Assembly (NCBI GenBank): GCA_963769935.1
Contig: CAVYNY010000034.1
Span: 32,001 to 96,000, forward strand
Direction of reading: 5' to 3'
Length of the DNA stretch: 64,000 bases
Source of the DNA: an uncultured delta proteobacterium
GTDB lineage: Bacteria; Desulfobacterota; Desulfobacteria; Desulfobacterales; JAFDCJ01
In this document: in pieces, positions 21,625-30,865 of the stretch
Position numbering within the stretch: position 1 is the first letter of the stretch
Layout of the letters: each line of letters begins with the position of its first letter
Made by a program: the position numbers and the translations under genes
Notes under the pieces: model-generated
What the model saw: only the letters and a program-made list of their open reading frames with translations
Told to the model about the DNA's origin: nothing
Databases searched by the model: none

Positions 21625-22758
21625 CTAATCCTTGGGCTTGCCAAGCACGGCTGCCATAAATTCGATATCAAAGGCTGCACCCTGGGCCTGGCGCCTGCGA
21701 AACTCGATGAAATCGATCACATCCTGACCGGTCATCTTTTTGGTATTAAAGGCATTGAAGCCAAGATAGGCTTCGGCGTTCATATTTACGGCCAACCAGT
21801 GGCGGTTGATGGTCTTGGCCTGATCCCAGAAAAATTTCTTTTTCAAGCGGATGCCTTCCACGCTTTTAATGAGACACCCCGGAAAGAGGTTGGTGAACGT
21901 CCACAGAATTTTGTTGACTTCGGCATCCAGAAGCTCGAAATCCGTCCCGGCATTTTTAATATACTCCCGCGCCTTTTTGGCGCCTTCACCGCTTTTAAAT
22001 TCGCCGTAGACGATTTCGCCGTCATCGATGTATTTATCGGTGATGACGGCGGGATTGCGCACCCATTTGCCGTTGTCTTTGATTACCGGCACACATTTGG
22101 ATATCAGCCCCAGCTGTTTCATTTTGTAGGCGCTCCACATCTCGCAGGAGATGCAGTTCCACATGGCCAGTTCTATCGGCAGCATCCAGGGTAGAAAATC
22201 CGAACTGCCGCCGTCAGGCGCCGATCCGTGCCGTGGACCTGCCTGCCCGAATATGGCCAGGTCGCTGGCGATCGCGGTATCACAGGCCATCCCGATCTCC
22301 TGTCCTCCGGCTACCCGCATGCCGTTGACCCGACAGATCGTGGGCTTCTTACAAGTCATTATGCTGTCCACCATGCCGTTAAACAGGTCCATGTAAGCGC
22401 CGTATTCCTGCGGCCGGCCGGAATAGTATTCGGCATATTCTTTGGTATTGCCGCCGGTGCAAAAAGCTTTGTCTCCCGTGGCGGTAAATACGGCTGCGAC
22501 CACAGAGGGATCGGCCGAAGCGCGCTGAAAACCCGCGATCACACCCTTGACCATTTCGGTGGTGTAAGAATTGTATTGTTGGGGATTGTTTAACGTGATC
22601 CAGGCGGAATAGAGATCGTCGATTGGGTGTCCTTGAGGGTCGAGGATGGGTTTTTTTTCGAAGATTACCCCGGGTGCTTTAGCGGAGAAGTGCTCTTCTC
22701 CCCACAAATAATGGTCCTTGATGCCTGACTCTCTTGGCAACCAGTTAATATCGGCCAT
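21625..22758 (-). CDS. oah: 6-oxocyclohex-1-ene-1-carbonyl-CoA hydrolase (Oah/BamA/BzdY)
   Basis: WITLNNPQQYNSYTTEMVKGVI, FCTGGNTKEYAEYYSG, RVNGMRVAGGQEIGMACD, GQAGPRHGSAP. Confidence 0.95.
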   Translation of the reverse strand: MADINWLPRESGIKDHYLWGEEHFSAKAPGVIFEKKPILDPQGHPIDDLYSAWITLNNPQQYNSYTTEMVKGVIAGFQRASADPSVVAAVFTATGDKAFCTGGNTKEYAEYYSGRPQEYGAYMDLFNGMVDSIMTCKKPTICRVNGMRVAGGQEIGMACDTAIASDLAIFGQAGPRHGSAPDGGSSDFLPWMLPIELAMWNCISCEMWSAYKMKQLGLISKCVPVIKDNGKWVRNPAVITDKYIDDGEIVYGEFKSGEGAKKAREYIKNAGTDFELLDAEVNKILWTFTNLFPGCLIKSVEGIRLKKKFFWDQAKTINRHWLAVNMNAEAYLGFNAFNTKKMTGQDVIDFIEFRRRQAQGAAFDIEFMAAVLGKPKD

Positions 22759-22998
22759 TGGTACTCTCCTTTTCTTAACAAGTTTTTATAGATTTTTTAT
22801 AATCTTATAACTGCCTTTGTATTATTTCAGCGACAAGCGGGAAGATTTATTTTATAGCTATATATTAGCTACATCGATGTTTAGTCAAGAAAAAAAATGG
22901 CAATTAATGCGCCGGTTCATGGATCTCCCGACTTTCTTCGATTATAAAAGGACATTTCACAATCTTCAATGTACCATTTTCCAAGGCGATTAATTAGC

Positions 22999-23026
22999 TT
23001 GACAGCATCTTTCTTGTTGATATCTT
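22999..23026 (+). promoter_or_regulatory. Putative sigma70 promoter of the GNAT-meaB genes
   Basis: TTGACA-N16-TATCTT with extended TG, 45 nt upstream of the ATG. Confidence 0.45.
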
Positions 23027-23070
23027 GGACCATTCATCAATGATCAGGATCAGGCTTCGTCCGGGATCTC

Positions 23071-23715
23071 ATGAGGCAAAACTCCAGCAAAGCAACCGTG
23101 CGGGTGACTCGATTCGGCAGCATACAAATACGCTCTTTTTGTACACCCGCGGATTTAGATAGGCTTGAATTTGATGCCGGTTTCTCCACCGGCACCGGGA
23201 ATAAATCGCTTTATACCGGCAATGAGAGCATCAAGCGGCAGGCCAAACAGCCCGATACCAACCTTGTGCTTGCCGTATCCGGCGACAACCATGTCATTGG
23301 ATTTGCAATTCTGGCCTATCCCGACCCCGGTGAAAGGTGGGCCGGCCTGGGACCCGGGATCATGATGGAAGTAAAAGCCATTGAGGTGGTGCGGCGCTGT
23401 CGATCGGCCGGTATTGCCGACGGCATGCTGAAGATGCTGCTGGACCATCCCCGGATCGAGGATAGGATCATTTACATGGTCGGTTATTCATGGACCTGGG
23501 ACCTTAGCGGTGCCCGGATGACGGCCGCGCAATATCGCCAAATGCTGTTAAAACTTTTTAAACCGCACCGTTTTGAGCCGTATCAGACAAATGAGCCGAA
23601 TATATGTTTAAAGCCTGAGAATTTGTTCATGTGCCGAATCGGTCAAACGATTACTGGCGCCGTCTTCGATCGGTTCAAATGGCTGCGGTTCGGTCTTTTT
23701 CCCTGGAGGCGCTGA
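23071..23715 (+). CDS. AcuA-type GNAT lysine acetyltransferase
   Basis: YPDPGERW, EVKAIEV..CRSAGIA, EDRIIYMVGYSWTWDL, TNEPNI, NLFMCRIG. Confidence 0.75.
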   Translation: MRQNSSKATVRVTRFGSIQIRSFCTPADLDRLEFDAGFSTGTGNKSLYTGNESIKRQAKQPDTNLVLAVSGDNHVIGFAILAYPDPGERWAGLGPGIMMEVKAIEVVRRCRSAGIADGMLKMLLDHPRIEDRIIYMVGYSWTWDLSGARMTAAQYRQMLLKLFKPHRFEPYQTNEPNICLKPENLFMCRIGQTITGAVFDRFKWLRFGLFPWRR

Positions 23716-23900
23716 TAAGTTGCCGAACAGTTGCCAAAAAGAGGCAGGCTATAGGCTGCCAAAATTTCTTGAAAATCCTGGTCCTGGAGTACTGGAGGAA
23801 TGGAGTGTTGGAATGTTGAAAACAGGCAGCAATCCATTAGCCGCCACTCCAATCCTCCATTACTCCAACACTTCGAAATTATTCGGGAGGAGGTAAAATA

Positions 23901-24857
23901 TTGGTGCAAAAAGATGTGTGCCAAAGGATCATTGACGGAGATCAGCTGGCGGGGGCCCGGTTGATTCGTCTGCTGGAGGAGCAAGATCCGCAGGGAACCC
24001 AGGTCCTTAAACAGCTGTATCCTCACACCGGTCGGGCATTTGTGATAGGAGTTACCGGGCCGCCCGGATCCGGGAAATCAACCCTGGTGAACTGTCTTAT
24101 CAGTGAATTTCGCAGCAGGGATATGAAAGTCGCCGTTGTGGCAATAGATCCTTCCAGCCCGATTTCAGGCGGCGCCTTGCTGGGCGACCGCATTCGGATG
24201 CGACGTCACATTGAAGACGACGGGGTCTTTATCCGATCCATGGCCACTCGCGGCCATCTCGGCGGATTGAGCAAGACTACCCGCGAAACGGTCCTGGTGT
24301 TTGATGCCATGGGCTACGACATCGTTATTATTGAAACCGTGGGCGTCGGACAGGATGAAGTGGAAATAGCACAGTTTGCCCATACCACGGCGGTCGTCAG
24401 TCTGCCGGGCATGGGGGATGACATCCAGGCCATGAAAGCCGGTCTGCTCGAAATCGGGGACGTGTTTATCGTCAACAAAGCCGATATCCCCGGCGCCGAT
24501 GATGTTGTCGAGCAATTGCGCGGCATGCTCGATCTGGGCCGCGCTTCCGAAAATGATTGGCGGCCGCCGGTGCTCAAAACCGTGGCCGTTAAAAGTGAGG
24601 GCATCACCCAACTCGCGGACGCTTTCCGGCGTCATCGTCAATATTTGATTGCCGGCGGCACCTTCGCTGAACACAACTTCAAATGGGAATTTCAGTTTTT
24701 CCGGCAGCTGGTGATGGAAATGGCCGCAGAGAAGATTTTTGAGGGCGTCAAAGACGCACCCGCCTACCAGGTGCTGCTCGAGGGTCTCAGAAACCGCAGA
24801 ACAGATCCCATTTCGGCAGCGGAAAAGATGATGGAGAAAGTGCTATTGAAGGATTAG
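23901..24857 (+). CDS. meaB: Methylmalonyl-CoA mutase-associated GTPase MeaB/ArgK
   Basis: GVTGPPGSGKST, DPSSP.SGGALLGDRIRM, ETVGVGQDE, GDDIQAMKAG, NKAD. Confidence 0.93.
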   Translation: MVQKDVCQRIIDGDQLAGARLIRLLEEQDPQGTQVLKQLYPHTGRAFVIGVTGPPGSGKSTLVNCLISEFRSRDMKVAVVAIDPSSPISGGALLGDRIRMRRHIEDDGVFIRSMATRGHLGGLSKTTRETVLVFDAMGYDIVIIETVGVGQDEVEIAQFAHTTAVVSLPGMGDDIQAMKAGLLEIGDVFIVNKADIPGADDVVEQLRGMLDLGRASENDWRPPVLKTVAVKSEGITQLADAFRRHRQYLIAGGTFAEHNFKWEFQFFRQLVMEMAAEKIFEGVKDAPAYQVLLEGLRNRRTDPISAAEKMMEKVLLKD

Positions 24858-25091
24858 AACATTGGCGGTCAAATTAAAGGGGGCTCAGTTTGGAAAGCGT
24901 ATGAAAACTGGTCGGAGTAATGGAGTGTTTGAGTACTGGAGTATTGGATTTTTTCCATCACTCCATTACTCCAAAACTCCATCACCCCCAAAAATTTTCG
25001 GCAAAACGCCCGGCGGAAAGCCCATTTAAAACGCTCTTATAAAGACCCGGCCTTGGCGCCCGTATCTTTAAATTCAGGCTGGTTTCAACAA

Positions 25092-25625
25092 CTAATGCAG
25101 CCAGCTGCGGCGCAGGCCGATAGCCTCTTCCGGACCCAACTCATGACAGCAATAGCAGCGGATGCATTTGTCGTCATCGATATGCGCTTTTTCGTTGACA
25201 AAGCTGGCAGCTTCCATCGGGCAACCTTCTAGGCATGAACCGCAGGCGATACACCGCTCCCATATGACCCCGGGCCTGACGGAATACGCACTTTTGAAGA
25301 ACGGCCGCAAAATCTGCTAAGGGCTCACTCAAAAATAACTTCACATTTTATACGCCGATGCATCTCCTGCGGCTGCGTTGCGAAAGCTCGGAATATCCAG
25401 ATATTCCTGCGTTTTCACGCCTTGCCGCCAGAGCGCCTCAATGCCTAAAACTGTGAATTAATTTCTTCGTGAACCCTAATGCCATGGCATCGGGTCCAAA
25501 CCGAAATTGCCGGGTGCAACCTGGGGCAGCTTAAAATCCGGTATTTTCACTTCCGCCAGGTCCGCCCCGATAATTTCAATATCTTCCACACGGTTGGGTT
25601 GAGGGTTGCTTTGCTCAGCCTCCAT
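25092..25625 (-). pseudogene. 3' remnant of a DUF362/4Fe-4S-type gene, interrupted by a MITE
   Basis: EDIEIIGADLAEVKIPDFKLP and CIACGSCLEGCP / CIRCYCCHELGP become one frame once 25321-25479 is removed; in-frame TAG at the junction; no 5' part. Confidence 0.7.
25321..25476. mobile_element. 156-bp MITE with ~30-bp imperfect terminal inverted repeats and TAA target duplication
   Basis: GGGCTCACTCAAAAATAACTTCACATTTTA vs reverse complement GGGTTCACGAAGAAATTAATTCACAGTTTTA; TAA at 25318-20 and 25477-79. Confidence 0.8.
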
Positions 25626-25692
25626 GAGTATCAGAAACAATAAAAACGTCTGATCAAACCAATATAGACTTTAATTTAATGCCTCCCTTAGC

Positions 25693-27114
25693 CTATCCTG
25701 CTATCGTGGGAGGTTGCTTCCAGAATTCAGTGGCCTGTTCAAAGGCGTGAGCCAGCTGGAGCACGCTGAATTCGGCGTTGTGCCTTCCGACGATCTGCAT
25801 ACCCACCGGAAGTCCCTCCGGAGTAAACCCGCAGGGCACCGAAATGGCGGGCAGACCGGTAACGGTGATGTAATAGCAGCTTTTCATCCAGTCGATATAG
25901 CTTTCCATTTTGACACCGTCGATCTCTTCGATCCAGCGCCGGTTGATATCAAACGGTGGAACCTGGTTAACCGGACAAATCAAATATTCATAGGTTTCCA
26001 AAAATTGGCGCACCCGTTGGTAGAGTTCGGTGCGTTTGACCTCGGCTCTGCCGATCTGCGGACCGGTGAGTTTTTGGCCCTGTTCGACATTCCAGATCAC
26101 GGTGTCTTTAATCAGCTTCCGGTGATCTTTCAGCAAGGCGGAATATTGCAGTTCAAAATTCCAGGCTCGCCACACTTTGAATATTTCATCGGCATCGCTA
26201 AAATCCGGCTGGGCTTCGTCCACGATGCAGCCCAGGTTTGTGAATACCCGGCGTCCGCTTTCCAGCACCTGCGTCACCCGGGGATCCACCGGCAATTCCC
26301 CCAGGTCTTTGCTCCAGGCGATCCGCACGTTTTTAAAATTGCGTTCGAGCGGGCGTGTGAACAGGCTCCCGGGTTCGGCAATCGCAATGGGGCTGCGGGG
26401 GTCCGGACCGGCGATGGTGCTCAGCATCAAAGCCACGTCCTGCACGGTACGGGCCATTGGCCCTTCGACTGAAATTGGAAACCAGGCCACCATTTCCGGC
26501 CAGAGGGGGACCCTCCCCGGAGAAGTCCGGAATCCCACAATATTGCAGAAGTTGGCCGGATTGCGCAGGGAGCCTCCCATGTCACTGCCGTCGGCCAGCG
26601 GAAGCATGCCGCAGGCCAGGGATACGGCGGCTCCACCGCTGCTGCCGCCGCAGGTTTTGGTGGTGTCATAGGGATTCAGCGTTTCTCCGAAGACCGGATT
26701 GAACGTCTGGGAGCCGGCGCCGAATTCCGGTGTATTGGTCTTTCCGATGGTAATGGCGCCGGCTTTTTTAAGACGCTCTACAATTAAGCCGTCATGATCC
26801 GGCACAAAGTCCTTGTATATGGGCGAGCCCCAAGTAGTGCGCATATCCTTGGTCGGAACCAGATCCTTATGGGCCATGGGAAGACCATGCAGTGGTCCGA
26901 TTTCTTTACCCTGCGCCAGAGCCTCATCGGCAGCGTCGGCCCGGCCCAGCGCCTGTTCGGCCGGTATACGGGTGACGATGGCATTGACGATCGGGTTCAC
27001 GCGTTCGATTTGATTCAGGTGGGCTTCCATCACCTCGCGGCAGGACAATTCCTTTTTCCGGATTCGCCGGGCCATTTCCGTTGCCGTCATGAAACAGATT
27101 TCGGAATTTGACAT
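25693..27114 (-). CDS. Amidase signature family protein
   Basis: HKDL, GKTNTPEFG, GGSSGG, GSDMGGSLRNPA. Confidence 0.93.
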   Translation of the reverse strand: MSNSEICFMTATEMARRIRKKELSCREVMEAHLNQIERVNPIVNAIVTRIPAEQALGRADAADEALAQGKEIGPLHGLPMAHKDLVPTKDMRTTWGSPIYKDFVPDHDGLIVERLKKAGAITIGKTNTPEFGAGSQTFNPVFGETLNPYDTTKTCGGSSGGAAVSLACGMLPLADGSDMGGSLRNPANFCNIVGFRTSPGRVPLWPEMVAWFPISVEGPMARTVQDVALMLSTIAGPDPRSPIAIAEPGSLFTRPLERNFKNVRIAWSKDLGELPVDPRVTQVLESGRRVFTNLGCIVDEAQPDFSDADEIFKVWRAWNFELQYSALLKDHRKLIKDTVIWNVEQGQKLTGPQIGRAEVKRTELYQRVRQFLETYEYLICPVNQVPPFDINRRWIEEIDGVKMESYIDWMKSCYYITVTGLPAISVPCGFTPEGLPVGMQIVGRHNAEFSVLQLAHAFEQATEFWKQPPTIAG

Positions 27115-27500
27115 AGTTTCTCCTTACGCAGGCCATCCGTAGGCGGTAGGCCGATCGATAGTGACTAATCTTTAGTAAAGTAAAGGTGTCAGGTTTCAGG
27201 TGTCAGAGTCTGAATTATCACTGCTTACACTTCGTGCCAGATCACAGTGGGTCATAACATTATTCATAGAACTCCACATAGCATCAAACCACCAAATATC
27301 GAAAGGCTGTTTCGCTCCCGCAGCGCAGGCGCTTGTGCCGCGTGCTTGTTCAGTCTTATTAAAGATAGATATTATTTTGTCTCTATTACTGGCCCGGTTC
27401 ATGGGTCAAGAATTGCGCTGACACCCGACACCTGAAACCAAGATATTTGAAAAATGAATTAACTTTTTATGCCTCCCAAGTACCCTGCTGAACACGACGA

Positions 27501-28589
27501 TCACCATTCGAGATCCAGCGTCTGAACCTCTCCCCGGCAGGGATTGCCTAACGTATAGTGGATTTGCCGCCGGCTGAGATTCATGACGATCGACAGACAG
27601 GTGCCGATCTGCAGCAGGGGCTCCACCGCCGGGTTTCGGTGGAGACAGACGGAAAATGGTTTGTCCATGTGATCTTTGAGAATACCCTGGATCGCCTGGA
27701 CATCGATGTCACCTTTTAATTCGGTCATTCTCTTTTGGGCCCGTCGGCAGCGAAGATAGGTCGACAGGAAAGGATCCCGCAGGGGTTTGAGGTCACGGAA
27801 ATTTCTGCCCGGCTTAAGATAATGATTGGTATGGACGCAGATTCCATTTTCAGGCCACAACAGGTGTTCTTCCACCGGTGAGGTTTCAAGATTGACGGCC
27901 TCACCGTCGGCGTATCCTATGAGGAAGTTTATGGAATGGGCTCTGCCGGTGTTCAAAACGTATCCCAGGGCCTGGGCCAGGTAGGAGGATTCCAGTATAC
28001 GCCGGGTGAGAAAGATCCAGGGCACGCCTGTGCAGGGGTGGTCGGATATCAAATTGTTGACCACCAGACCGATCCCGGCGGCGTTCATGCCGATTTTGGC
28101 AAGCTGTCCGGCCTCGGTAAAGGTTATCAGGGCAGGTTTTCCTTCGCGCGGACCGACTTTAAGGATTACCTGGCAGTCCAACATCTCGTTATACCAGTCC
28201 CAGTTCTGCGCCAGCAGCATGTCGCCGCTTTTGGTGGCTTCGGGCAGGGCGGCAATCGTGGTGCACTCCTGGGCCAGCACCTGCGGGTTAAAAAGGATCT
28301 CCGAACGGGCATTTAGTAGGAAGATATCCTCAAACGCCCGGTCGGCACCTTCGGCAATCCCCTGAATTTCTTCCAGGAGATCCGGTGCAAAGGCTTTTGC
28401 TTTGAGAATGAAGGGCGCGCCTCGATCGACGGTTCCCTCCCAGGTTTCGCCCGTAGTGCGATGGAAAAGCTCACGGTAGGCTGCAATATTTGTTTCAATC
28501 CTCCCTCGGGCAGCTTCACCATACGCCTGTCCTCGTTTTATCGGATTCGCCTCATTCAGTTCGATTACAGGAATGGATTCGAGGTCCAT
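27501..28589 (-). CDS. C45 family Ntn-hydrolase (isopenicillin N acyltransferase-like)
   Basis: LNARSE, ECTT nucleophile, AQNWDW, GMNAAG, HTNHY. Confidence 0.85.
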   Translation of the reverse strand: MDLESIPVIELNEANPIKRGQAYGEAARGRIETNIAAYRELFHRTTGETWEGTVDRGAPFILKAKAFAPDLLEEIQGIAEGADRAFEDIFLLNARSEILFNPQVLAQECTTIAALPEATKSGDMLLAQNWDWYNEMLDCQVILKVGPREGKPALITFTEAGQLAKIGMNAAGIGLVVNNLISDHPCTGVPWIFLTRRILESSYLAQALGYVLNTGRAHSINFLIGYADGEAVNLETSPVEEHLLWPENGICVHTNHYLKPGRNFRDLKPLRDPFLSTYLRCRRAQKRMTELKGDIDVQAIQGILKDHMDKPFSVCLHRNPAVEPLLQIGTCLSIVMNLSRRQIHYTLGNPCRGEVQTLDLEW

Positions 28590-28699
28590 CTCGGAAATTC
28601 CTCCTTCACCCTATTGAGCCAAAATACGGAAATAATTTTTTGAATCATCTATAGGTGGTTTGCGATTGCATTTTGCAATCGGAAAAAAGATTTCAGGTT

Positions 28700-29254
28700 C
28701 TATTTTTCAACTCTTAGAAATGATTTTACACTACGTACGCCTTGCACATTTTCAGCATGCGAGACTGCTTTTTTTATTACCGCTTCCGAGCCAACCAGCC
28801 CTAAAAGTACTATGTTGCATTGTAGGGCTTTGACCTCGATCCGGGTTGAAGAAATATCCATATCCCCAATAAGGTCTGCATTCACTTTGCCTAACAATTC
28901 GAGGTTGGTTACCGTCCCGCATGTATCGTTATCTTTTTTTGGCAGGAAATAATCCGTTACGGATTTTACACCTTTAACCTCCTTGGCTAATTTCACGGCT
29001 TGGTTCTTTTGCACTGCAGTATCATATTCTCCGACCAGAAATACATGGCCATTATAGCAGTAGGTCGAAACGTCAAAGTATTTAACCTTTTCATCACCTA
29101 AAAATTTTTGCCTGATATCCATCGTAATCTTTTCATCATCATATTGTTCACCAACGCTGCGCTCATCGACCGCAGATTTATAGATGGTCGTGCAGCCCGT
29201 CATAAGGAATCCTAAAATTAGGATAAGGCAAAAACTCCAGTAGTATCTGCGCAT
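28700..29254 (-). CDS. BON-domain lipoprotein (OsmY/DolP-like)
   Basis: MTGC lipobox; DERSVGEQYDDEKI; two BON repeats ending GVKSV/GVRSV. Confidence 0.88.
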   Translation of the reverse strand: MRRYYWSFCLILILGFLMTGCTTIYKSAVDERSVGEQYDDEKITMDIRQKFLGDEKVKYFDVSTYCYNGHVFLVGEYDTAVQKNQAVKLAKEVKGVKSVTDYFLPKKDNDTCGTVTNLELLGKVNADLIGDMDISSTRIEVKALQCNIVLLGLVGSEAVIKKAVSHAENVQGVRSVKSFLRVEK

Positions 29255-29843
29255 GCCAATTTGCTCCTTTCACATAACTTTATATTTACACGTTAAATTA
29301 AAAGATACACTGAAAGTTCCCTTTTCGGACACCCCTCATTATATGATTATATTTCCTGGTTTCAGTCCTGGATTTAAAAATCCGAAGCCGAGATGGATTT
29401 TGTCGATATCCATAAGCCTTTAATTACATTAAATATAATAAGGATCTAGCCGATACCAAAAAAAAATCCGAGAGTCAAGGGTAGTTTGGTTGAATGTTCG
29501 GAATAATGTTCGATTAGATAGTGACGCTTATCTGTCGTTTGTCCCCTGCAATACGGTTCAATCCCTCTTTTCTTTCATCCCTTGCGGTCGTGATCCGATA
29601 CTGTCAGACTATTTGAAGGTTATGCCAATGAATTCTTTCCTTTACTACTTGCGATTTTTGATATATGAAACCGCCGTCAAAGACTTCGTTGAATGGTTGA
29701 TTAAGCGTGGTGAATTGAACGATCAGGTAATTAAAAACTCGAACGATCAATTTTAATCCAACACAACAAGTCAACCGATAAAATATGTCTGGAAATACAC
29801 CAATCGAGAAGAAATTGGGAGCTCGCACTAAAAGGATTAAAAA

Positions 29844-30865
29844 ATGACAACATGCAGTCTATCGTTTCCGCCCCAGGTCAATCTGGCAAAATTGCCGACG
29901 CCGCTGCATCCGCTGCAACGCTTGAGTGAAAAGTACGGCGTCGAATTGTACGTTAAGCGCGACGATCTGACCGGAGTCGCCCTGTCGGGCAACAAAATTC
30001 GCAAACTGGAATTTGTCCTGGCCGATGCGCTTGCCCAAAAAGCCGATACGGTTATTACCTGCGGCGGCGCCCAATCAAACCATTGTCGCGCCACAGCCAT
30101 AGCGGCCGCCATGCTGGGCCTGAACTGCCGGCTGCTGCTGCGCACGCCGGATCCCTCAAACCCGCCGCCGCCGGAAGGCAACATTCTGCTGGATCGCATG
30201 GCGGGGGCGGAAATTGTATGGATTACCCCGGATGAATACAAACAGCGGGCTGAATTTATGGGCCGTGAAGCAGCCTCTCTTCGGGCATCCGGAAGAATCG
30301 TTTACACAATACCGGAGGGTGCCTCAAATGCGCTCGGCGCGCTGGGCTATATCCGGGCTATGGAAGAGCTGGTCAATGATATCTCCAACACACCGGGCGG
30401 CGGCATCAAACCTGCACCATTATCAATGCTGCCGGCTCCGGCGGAACCAGCGCCGGATTGATCCTGGGGTCTAAGATTTTCGATGTGAACGCCCGGCTTG
30501 CCGCCGTCAATGTGTGTGACGATAAAGATTATTTTGTGCGTGCCATCGGCAATATCTGCGAACAGGCAATCGCGGACTATCATCTTGATATTGATTTTGA
30601 CCGGCAGCGGGACGTTCACGTCATCGACGGTTATGTCGGCCGCGGTTATGCCCTGTCACGACCCGAAGAGCTGGCGCTGTTGTGCGAAGTAGCGCAAACA
30701 GAGGGAATTTTTCTCGATCCGGTTTATACCGGCAAAGCATTTTTCGGAATGGTTGAAGAGTTAAAGCGTGATCCCGGGTGTTTCGGCGAGCGCATTATCT
30801 TTATCCATACCGGCGGTCTGTTCGGGTTGTTTCCCAAAGCAAAAGAAATCAGCCCCTTGCTTTAA
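29844..30865 (+). CDS. D-cysteine desulfhydrase/ACC deaminase family PLP enzyme (frameshift ~30395-30412)
   Basis: KRDDLTG..SGNKIRKLE, QSNHCR, PEGASN; shifted frame AAGSGGTSAG, LDPVYTGKA, HTGG. Confidence 0.88.

Noticed and set aside
25477..25479. In-frame TAG at the MITE empty site as pyrrolysine or readthrough
   Set aside because: The gene lacks its 5' part and has a degenerate Fe-S motif, so simple decay is more likely.
29490..29828. Short ORFs between the BON gene and the desulfhydrase
   Set aside because: No motifs, weak starts and AT-rich; cannot be supported.
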